Below are positions 24,826-31,369 of a stretch of 31,369 bases of DNA, in pieces. The notes below the pieces were generated by a model. That model was not told the DNA's origin. It did not search any database and worked only from the letters and a program-made list of their open reading frames with translations. Both the position numbers and the translations under genes were made by a program. Numbering within the stretch: the first letter of the stretch is position 1; each line of letters begins with the position of its first letter. Source of the stretch: a virus (lineage: Duplodnaviria; Caudoviricetes); IMG/VR virus record IMGVR_UViG_3300027740_000011, positions 1 through 31,369 of that record; one strand, 5' to 3'.

Positions 24826-25769
24826 TGGACAACTACCTTCGCAAATATCGGATACTGATAGCTGACAATGACAACACTTCTCTTGATGTCTCTGATCTTC
24901 GATGCACTTTTACCATTGAGAAGAAAGCCATTCAGTCAGTAAACTATGCCAGCATTACGATCTATAACCTTTCTTCAGAGTCTGAGACAGCTATCATTCG
25001 AGAAGGGAATAGAGTTATAGTTGAGGCTGGATATGAGAGTGGAGCATATGGCAAGATATTTGATGGTGAAATATTCCAGCCTCTTTGGGACCGGGAGAAT
25101 GTAGTTGATTATAAATTAGGACTTCATTGTATTGATGGGGACAGTCTTCTTCATATGAATTTTGTCAACTTTGCTATGGGTGCTGGGTATGACTACAATG
25201 CTGTAATAACAAATATGGCAAAGAGCGCAAGGACAGCAATACCCATCAATCATATAACTGACGATCTAAAGAAGGGACAAGCACCCAGAGGTAAGATTGT
25301 ATTTGGTGATTGGAGAGATAAGGCACGGGAAATATCCTTGGATAATAGTGCTCAATTCTATATTAATGATGGGAAGCTTGATGTCATGAAAGTGACTGAT
25401 GTCTCTCAGGATGAAGCTCTTGTCATTACTCCTGAAACTGGACTCATAGGAACACCTCAGCAGATTGAAAATGGATTCAGGTTCAGATGTCTTCTCAATC
25501 CTGACATCAGACTAACAAATCCTTGTATGAGGATAAAGCTAGATCACTCCATCATACAGCAGGAGAAAGCTATACAAGGACAGTATATATCTATGCTTGA
25601 CCAGGACATGTTTGGTATAGTTATTGGGGTAACTCATACCGGCGACACTCGTGGTCAGGAATGGTACACTGATGCTATATGTCTTAACAAAGGTGGTAAG
25701 GCTCCTCTTGGTCTTTCTGGAGAAGCTATACCAGACTTTGTAAGAAGCAGCAAGGAGAATACAAATTGA
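24825..25769 (+). CDS. Baseplate hub protein
   Basis: ITIYNL, EAGY, PRGKIVFG, TGLIGTPQ, CLLNP, HTGDTRGQEWY. TAATG start overlap. Confidence 0.8.
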   Translation: MDNYLRKYRILIADNDNTSLDVSDLRCTFTIEKKAIQSVNYASITIYNLSSESETAIIREGNRVIVEAGYESGAYGKIFDGEIFQPLWDRENVVDYKLGLHCIDGDSLLHMNFVNFAMGAGYDYNAVITNMAKSARTAIPINHITDDLKKGQAPRGKIVFGDWRDKAREISLDNSAQFYINDGKLDVMKVTDVSQDEALVITPETGLIGTPQQIENGFRFRCLLNPDIRLTNPCMRIKLDHSIIQQEKAIQGQYISMLDQDMFGIVIGVTHTGDTRGQEWYTDAICLNKGGKAPLGLSGEAIPDFVRSSKENTN

Positions 25770-26458
25770 TAACTGTACCTGAAAGACTCCAGGATGAACT
25801 TGAGTTCCTTCGGAAGATGTTTGATGGCTTCTCTTCTTCCTTACGGGTTGCTGCTCCTGGAATAATACAGAGCTTCGATGCTGCCAAGCAGACAGCCACA
25901 GTCAGATTGGCCATTCGAGAGAAAGTATTGAACTCAGAATCACGCGAAGTTGAAGATATTGAAATTCCTATTCTGGTTGATGTTCCTGTCATCACAATGA
26001 GTGCTGGTGGATTCTCTCTTACTCTACCTGTGACTGCTGGGGATGAGTGCCTTGTCATCTTTGGGGACAATTGCTTTGATGCTTGGTACCAGTCTGGGGG
26101 AGTACAGAACCAGATGGATAGACGGCGCCACGATCTAAGTGATGGGTTTGCTATCTGTGGAGTAAAGAGCCAACCGGCTGTCATAACCTCTTACAGCACT
26201 ACAGCAGCAGAACTAAGGAATGCAGCTGGCACTGTTAAGGTAAGAGTTGAAGCTGCTAAGGTTGTGGTATCTGCTGATACTGTAGAACTTAGTAATGCTG
26301 CTGCCTTGAAGAAGCTCATTGATGAGAGGTTTGCTACTCTCTATGATGCCCATACTCATTCTGGTGTAGTTGCAGGTGGAGGAGTCACTGGCGTCCCTGC
26401 TGTTCTCATGACTCCTATTCTTGCAAACTACAGCACAACTAAAACAAAGGCGGGATAA
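25766..26458 (+). CDS. Baseplate central spike (gp138/gpV-like)
   Basis: PGIIQSFD, DVPV, GDECLVIF, RRHDLSDG, and a C-terminal HTH metal-binding motif. Confidence 0.85.
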   Translation: MITVPERLQDELEFLRKMFDGFSSSLRVAAPGIIQSFDAAKQTATVRLAIREKVLNSESREVEDIEIPILVDVPVITMSAGGFSLTLPVTAGDECLVIFGDNCFDAWYQSGGVQNQMDRRRHDLSDGFAICGVKSQPAVITSYSTTAAELRNAAGTVKVRVEAAKVVVSADTVELSNAAALKKLIDERFATLYDAHTHSGVVAGGGVTGVPAVLMTPILANYSTTKTKAG

Positions 26459-26815
26459 ATGAGCACTATTCGAGTGAGAAGACTTGATGCTGACTATGAA
26501 CCTGTCTTTGGTCAAGGGAAGAGTGATTATATTGAAGACCTTGATGCTGTGGTTCAGATCATCAAGTCAAGGCTGCTTCTCCTTATGGGGGAATGGTGGG
26601 AAGATACTGCTGATGGCCTTCCCCTTTGGCAGTCAATATTGGGACAAAGGAATAGCAAAACTGTTGTGGATAATCTTATTCAGCAGAGAATCCTTAAGAC
26701 ACAATATGTAACTGGCATTGAATCTCTTACCAGCACATATGACTCTAGCTCAAGAGCATATACATTCAGTGCTGTAGTAAATACTCAATTTGGATCTGTT
26801 GGTATATCCAACTAA
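26459..26815 (+). CDS. Baseplate wedge/sheath initiator (gp25/gp46-like)
   Basis: RLLLLMGEWWED..GLP, RILKT..V. Precedes baseplate J. Confidence 0.75.
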   Translation: MSTIRVRRLDADYEPVFGQGKSDYIEDLDAVVQIIKSRLLLLMGEWWEDTADGLPLWQSILGQRNSKTVVDNLIQQRILKTQYVTGIESLTSTYDSSSRAYTFSAVVNTQFGSVGISN

Positions 26816-26827
26816 AGGAGTCACATA

Positions 26828-28012
26828 ATGGCATACGTTGCTCCATACATCGATGAATCTGGGTTGACTATCCCTTCCTACCAGGATATTTTGGATGATC
26901 TTATTGAGCAAGCCAAAACGATCTATGGTCAGGATATTTACCTTGAGACTGATACAGCAGACTATCAGTTCATATCTGTGTTCGCTCTGAAGGTATATGA
27001 CTGTATGCTGGCTACTCAGTTGGCTTACAATAGCCGGAGTCCTCAGACCTCTATTGGTTCTGCTCTGGATGCTATTGTCAAGCTAAATGGTCTTTCACGA
27101 TTGGTTGCCACCTATTCAATATGTACTGTTACCTTAACAGGTACAGCCGGTACAGTAATCAATAATGGAATAGTAACAGACATAAATGGCAAGAAGTGGG
27201 ACTTGCCTGTTCTGGTTACTATAGGTGGAGGAGGAACTGTTGATGTAGTTGCTACCTGTCAGGAGATTGGCACAGTCACAGCACTTGCTGGTAACTTATC
27301 CATTATCTCTACTCCTACATATGGATGGACTTCTGTCACCAACGCTGCTGCTGCCTCTCCTGGTGAACCGATTGAAACTGACACTCAGTTGAAAGCTCGT
27401 CAGTCTGAGAGCGTTTCCCTTCCTTCTCAGAGCTTGGTTGCTGGCACTGCATCTGCTCTAGCTATCATAGATGGTGTTACTCGCCATAAGGTCTATGAGA
27501 ACTATACAGATGCCACTGATGCTGATGGCATACCTCGTCATTGTATTGCTGCTGTGGTTGAAGGTGGCACTGATGAAGATGTTGCTCAGGCTATCTTCAT
27601 CAACAAGACTCCTGGGTGTGCTATGAATGGGGAAGTTACTGTGGTTGTGACTGACCCCATTACTGCTGCCACTATGGATGTTAAGTTCCACCGCCCCACA
27701 GCAGTTCCAATATTTGTGACAGTAACCGTTCACCCGCTTGCAGGATGGACCACTGATACTGCTGAGCTTGTTAAGTTCTGGATAGCAGCTATGATAAACT
27801 CAAGGCAGATCGGAGATGATATTGAAAACTCCTTCCTGTATTGGGCTGCTATGACTTATCCTGAAGGCAATCCTTTGCTTCCTGCTTTCTCTATTACGAC
27901 TGTACTGGCAAACAAGACTGGTCTTCCTGGAACTTCAACTGCAACCATAGCTATTGCTTATGATGAAGTTGCACAGGGAGATGTCAATAATATAGTCATA
28001 ACAGAGGTATAG
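26828..28012 (+). CDS. Baseplate J-like protein
   Basis: GSALDAIVKLNGLSR, GWTSVTN, ETDTQLKARQ, GIPRHCIAAVVEGG. Confidence 0.9.
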   Translation: MAYVAPYIDESGLTIPSYQDILDDLIEQAKTIYGQDIYLETDTADYQFISVFALKVYDCMLATQLAYNSRSPQTSIGSALDAIVKLNGLSRLVATYSICTVTLTGTAGTVINNGIVTDINGKKWDLPVLVTIGGGGTVDVVATCQEIGTVTALAGNLSIISTPTYGWTSVTNAAAASPGEPIETDTQLKARQSESVSLPSQSLVAGTASALAIIDGVTRHKVYENYTDATDADGIPRHCIAAVVEGGTDEDVAQAIFINKTPGCAMNGEVTVVVTDPITAATMDVKFHRPTAVPIFVTVTVHPLAGWTTDTAELVKFWIAAMINSRQIGDDIENSFLYWAAMTYPEGNPLLPAFSITTVLANKTGLPGTSTATIAIAYDEVAQGDVNNIVITEV

Positions 28013-28013
28013 A

Positions 28014-28571
28014 ATGACAACTGACTATTCAATACTCATATCTTCTCAATACCAGATGTCATCTAAGTTCATGGCACATCTGGCAAACCATATTCAGAAG
28101 ATCGAAGATGCTACCTCCTTGATTAATGACCTATGGGAATATTTTGATATTGACTTAGCCATAGGGAAGCAGCTTGATGCTCTTGGTGTGATACTTGGAC
28201 AGTCTCGCATTATGTCATTCCAACCTACTGATGGCAGTAGTGCTACTCTTGATGATGAAACTTACCGGCTGTTACTCAAGGTCAAGGTGGCATGGAACCA
28301 TTGGGATGGGAAGACACAGAGCCTTATTCCTATATGGCAGGAGATATTCCCTGGTGGAACTATTATCATAAATGATAGCCTTAATATGTCAGCTGTTATA
28401 ACTATGTATGGATCTTTTTCTTCTATCATAGTTGATCTCATAAATAATGGATTAATAGTACCAAGGCCAGAAGGAGTGCAGTATACATATGACTTTGGTG
28501 CTGGTCCTTACTTCGGATTTGATTTTAACAATGCATACATATCAGGACTTGATGCTGGTAAATTTACCTAA
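28014..28571 (+). CDS. Baseplate wedge protein (DUF2612 family)
   Basis: FDIDLAIGKQLD.LG, LDDETYRLLL, PRPEGV, FGF. Confidence 0.85.
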   Translation: MTTDYSILISSQYQMSSKFMAHLANHIQKIEDATSLINDLWEYFDIDLAIGKQLDALGVILGQSRIMSFQPTDGSSATLDDETYRLLLKVKVAWNHWDGKTQSLIPIWQEIFPGGTIIINDSLNMSAVITMYGSFSSIIVDLINNGLIVPRPEGVQYTYDFGAGPYFGFDFNNAYISGLDAGKFT

Positions 28572-28585
28572 GAGGAGACTATAAC

Positions 28586-29293
28586 ATGCCTGGATCAACA
28601 AACTTCAAACAGTTCAACCCAAACGGTAATAATCAGGAAGATGATGCTGCTTACCTTGCTGATTCCTTTCGAGCAGATGGAGCACAAGCAGGAGTATTCA
28701 ACAAGGAAGTATTCAACAAGTTCGCATACCAGATGTCTTCCTTTGTGGCAGCCATGGGTGAGATGCTAGCTACTAAGGGGTATGCTGTCAGCGATGCTAA
28801 CTTTGCTGCTTTGAAGACAGTGCTGGCAAATATCCTTACTCCAGTTGATATAATTGCTAATCAGGCATTTAGTGCTTATCGGTCTGGATCAGCATTCGAT
28901 TTAACTGGGTTTGGAACAGTTGATGAAATAATTTTTAATTCTGAAGAATTTGATTTAGGAGCATCATATAATATAACAACAGGAAGATTTACTCCACAAG
29001 CACCTGGAAAGTATTTCATTATAGGAAGTCTTGCTATGACTTCATGGGCAAATATAGCTTCAACAAATATTATGAGACTATCAAAAAATGGTGTAGCAGT
29101 AAAGACTTTAACATTTCAGCAAAGTGCAGATGCAAATATGGATTATAGCACATACCATGGTTCCTGTATTATGGATATGAATGGAACTACTGATTATGCT
29201 TCCATAAGATTCTCAATTGGTAGGGAATCAAGCATACCAAAAGTAGCGCCAACACAAGATGAAAGTTATTTTCAAGGATTTAGGATCAGTTAA
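28586..29293 (+). CDS. Short tail fibre/receptor-binding protein with a C1q/TNF-like C-terminal domain
   Basis: N-terminal baseplate anchor (FNK..YQ.S). AFSAY...IIFNSEEFD...YNITTGRFTPQAPGKYF...SYFQGFRI matches the C1q-like pattern. Confidence 0.7.
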   Translation: MPGSTNFKQFNPNGNNQEDDAAYLADSFRADGAQAGVFNKEVFNKFAYQMSSFVAAMGEMLATKGYAVSDANFAALKTVLANILTPVDIIANQAFSAYRSGSAFDLTGFGTVDEIIFNSEEFDLGASYNITTGRFTPQAPGKYFIIGSLAMTSWANIASTNIMRLSKNGVAVKTLTFQQSADANMDYSTYHGSCIMDMNGTTDYASIRFSIGRESSIPKVAPTQDESYFQGFRIS

Positions 29294-29316
29294 AATACAA
29301 TCAAGGGAGAAAATAA

Positions 29317-29529
29317 ATGGAAGAGCATTACAATCCAGAGGCATGCCAGCTTCGACATGAGAGTGATGAAAGGAGGATTGTAAACTTGGAGAATATTCTT
29401 GCAAAGATATTTGACAAGCTAGATCGTTTTTCACAAAGACCATCATGGTTAACATCAGGCATCATAACATTCCTGGCTACTGCTCTTGGGATTGTTGTGA
29501 CTGTACTTCTATCAGGAGGAGCAAGATGA
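29317..29529 (+). CDS. Small membrane protein (coiled coil plus C-terminal TM helix), holin/antiholin-like
   Basis: One hydrophobic helix at the C-terminus. Precedes the endolysin. Confidence 0.6.
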   Translation: MEEHYNPEACQLRHESDERRIVNLENILAKIFDKLDRFSQRPSWLTSGIITFLATALGIVVTVLLSGGAR

Positions 29530-30116
29530 AGATAACAAACATCAGTGAGCCAATGAAAGAACTATTCCATGAGATTATTGTAGCTAATGAGCTTGGGGGT
29601 AATAAGGAACACATATATAAGTTCTCTGATCCTGATGGAGTGAGGACTGGCAAGAGTGGATGGAGCTTTGGCATCTGTCAGTATGACATAGCTAATAATC
29701 CAAATGCTGTTCTTGCTCTTCGAGAGATGGACTTTACCAGTGATCAGATCAAAGACCTAAGAGACCAAACTGGCAGTACATCTATGAATCATATGGACAG
29801 CAAGCTCCAGAATAATAAGGACACTGTGGATCGGTGGGACCGGCGCCAGTTGCAAGAGTGTCTTGACTTCCCTCTTCTCCTGTGTAATGAGATTGGTGTT
29901 GAGTTTGCATCTGAGGAGTCTTTCCTTCACATAGCAGACTACCACAACCAGTTCTATATGAGCAGAGGAGGAAAGCTCTATCAATGGCTGAAGAAGCAAA
30001 CCATTGAAGTTGCTCCTGAGATGATACGAGCCTTTAAGATGTCACTTCCTTGGGGATTTAAAAGACCTGATGATGTAGAGCGAAGATATAATACTATAAG
30101 GAGGATTTACAAATGA
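29526..30116 (+). CDS. Putative endolysin (lysozyme-like fold)
   Basis: Candidate catalytic E in ANELGG, SGWSFGICQYD hairpin, DYHNQ, C-terminal RR. GGAGGAG RBS and ATGA overlap. Lysis-cluster position. Confidence 0.65.
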   Translation: MKITNISEPMKELFHEIIVANELGGNKEHIYKFSDPDGVRTGKSGWSFGICQYDIANNPNAVLALREMDFTSDQIKDLRDQTGSTSMNHMDSKLQNNKDTVDRWDRRQLQECLDFPLLLCNEIGVEFASEESFLHIADYHNQFYMSRGGKLYQWLKKQTIEVAPEMIRAFKMSLPWGFKRPDDVERRYNTIRRIYK

Positions 30117-30226
30117 TTATTTACATTACTGTGTTTGTGGTGGGAGCAGTAGCAGGCATTATCTTTGACCGGTGGTTTATGAACAGAGGAGCAAAGGCAC
30201 TCAAGAATCAAGTCAACAAAATCTAA
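30113..30226 (+). CDS. 37-aa single-pass membrane protein (not in the ORF track)
   Basis: MIIYITVFVVGAVAGIIFDRWFMNRGAKALKNQVNKI. GAGGA RBS and ATGA overlap. Confidence 0.65.
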   Translation: MIIYITVFVVGAVAGIIFDRWFMNRGAKALKNQVNKI

Positions 30227-30237
30227 GGAGGACAAAG

Positions 30238-30564
30238 ATGATACCGCTTATCAAGAGGTTGATCAGATCGTTTTTGTTTGATGAAGGGGCAGTTACTGGT
30301 TGGATACGTGGCGCAATGCTCATGTTTGCAGCCTCAGGGATTGCATTTGCTGATCAGATCGCAGCAGTAATTGACATGCCAACTTCAGTAAAGACCATAA
30401 AACTGGCTGCTGTCATCTGTGGTTTTTTCGCCGGTGCAATTCGTGCTGGTGAAAAGAACATAACCACTCAAGAGCCAGGGAAAGTTATAGATGTAGGAGA
30501 TGATAATAAAGTGGAGACAGTAAAGACTCCACTCAAGGAGGAGCCCAGTGCGCCAGCTTCTTAG
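30238..30564 (+). CDS. Putative holin (two hydrophobic segments, charged tail)
   Basis: AAGGAGG RBS before the ATG at 30238. Two TM-like stretches. Confidence 0.55.
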   Translation: MIPLIKRLIRSFLFDEGAVTGWIRGAMLMFAASGIAFADQIAAVIDMPTSVKTIKLAAVICGFFAGAIRAGEKNITTQEPGKVIDVGDDNKVETVKTPLKEEPSAPAS

Positions 30565-31096
30565 CTTCTCCTTGGTAAGTCTTCTCATCGGGTTTGGTCT
30601 GGGCTTGTATATTCCTTCTTGCTCTGAAAAGAAGGTTGATGGACTGACTGCTCAGAAGGATGTACCAAAGACTCTCATCAGCATGGAGACAGATACCATC
30701 CAAGGTCTTGATGAGAAGGTCTTGCTGGAGCGTCATGCTGTCTCAAAAGAGATAGCCAAGGATGACACTAAGCAGGTGACTGCTGCTGCCACCTTGAAGG
30801 ATGACAGCGGCACAACCCACATCAGTTCTGTTATTGATACTAAGACTGGAGAGAGTGAGATTGTTGCCTTGCGATCTAAGGCTGAGTGGATGAGCAGGAA
30901 TGAGTTTGGATTGGGATTAACAGGAGGGAGTTTGGGGCTGGGGTATGAGATGGAATACCGGTGTGTGTTCGCTAGGGTCTGGAAATTCTATCCTGATGTT
31001 CGAGTCAATGGATGGAAATGGGTATATGGTTCCAGACTCGACCAAGGCTATAGGTATGATGCCCAGATTAGCACCTTGCTTACTCTTCGCTGGTAG
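30548..31096 (+). CDS. Membrane-anchored protein, possible spanin-like lysis factor
   Basis: GTG start with an AGGAGGAG RBS. N-terminal hydrophobic helix followed by Cys. C-terminal amphipathic beta strands ending in Trp. Confidence 0.55.
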   Translation: MRQLLSFSLVSLLIGFGLGLYIPSCSEKKVDGLTAQKDVPKTLISMETDTIQGLDEKVLLERHAVSKEIAKDDTKQVTAAATLKDDSGTTHISSVIDTKTGESEIVALRSKAEWMSRNEFGLGLTGGSLGLGYEMEYRCVFARVWKFYPDVRVNGWKWVYGSRLDQGYRYDAQISTLLTLRW

Positions 31097-31118
31097 AATT
31101 GCTACAACCTTGTAAGTT

Positions 31119-31159
31119 AAGGCTATACGGTCTTCCTTCGGGCCAGTATAGCCTTTTTT
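31119..31159 (+). terminator. Rho-independent terminator of the late operon
   Basis: AAGGCTATAC ... GTATAGCCTT stem followed by a T run. Confidence 0.7.
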
Positions 31160-31369
31160 CATATACCCTTGGTCTTTCGCAGCCCTAGAAGCTTCTAGGG
31201 CTGTTTTCTACCTTCTTATAGGGCCAGTATAGCCTTTTTTCGTATACCCTTGGTCTTTCGCAGCCCTAGAAGCTTCTAGGGCTGTTTTCTACCTTCTTAT
31301 AGGGCCAGTATAGCCTTTTTTCGTATACCCTTGGTCTTTCGCAGCCCTAGAAGCTTCTAGGGCTGTTTT
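31140..31369. repeat. 81-bp tandem repeat, at least 2.8 copies, each with a perfect 24-bp palindrome
   Basis: Units start at 31140, 31221 and 31302. CAGCCCTAGAAGCTTCTAGGGCTG at 31180, 31261 and 31342. One A/G difference (31161 vs 31242). Confidence 0.95.

Noticed and set aside
19685-29293. Tailocin or contractile injection system
   Set aside because: Terminase, portal, capsid and replication genes are all present, so this is a phage.
31140-31369. CRISPR array
   Set aside because: The sequences between the palindromes are near-identical rather than unique spacers, and no cas genes are present.

Overview
A 31.4-kb piece of a tailed-phage genome with a contractile tail. The head module is portal DUF1073, Mu-F, DUF2213 and DUF2184; the tail module is DUF3383 sheath, DUF3277 tube and baseplate J. 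All family names come from motif recognition by eye, not database searches. The left arm (1-8025, minus strand) holds early/replication genes: two tandem pentapeptide-repeat genes, two HNH endonucleases, an SNF2-type helicase broken into three reading frames, a DUF550 nucleotide pyrophosphohydrolase, an ASCH/DUF3850 protein, a TOPRIM primase-SF3 helicase and a ribbon-helix-helix regulator. A divergent control region (8030-8590) carries TTTACT-N17/18-TATA(C/T)T promoters, repeated TGCACCGG motifs and an AT-rich tract, and is a candidate origin. The right arm (8595-31096, plus strand) holds terminase, head, neck, tail, baseplate, a short C1q-like fibre and lysis genes, then a terminator and an 81-bp palindrome-containing tandem repeat. 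Most interesting: (i) two small genes with an identical 18-aa leader ending TKD-A but unrelated payloads, resembling the capsid N-terminus (candidate capsid-targeted cargo cassettes); (ii) the helicase split by an HNH block, with an 8-nt stop-containing interruption inside its Walker A motif (candidate ribosomal bypass); (iii) two 342/387-bp duplications that look like integrated mini-circles from related phages. No integrase, tRNA, rRNA or CRISPR array was seen. Both window ends lie in repeats, so assembly artefacts cannot be excluded.
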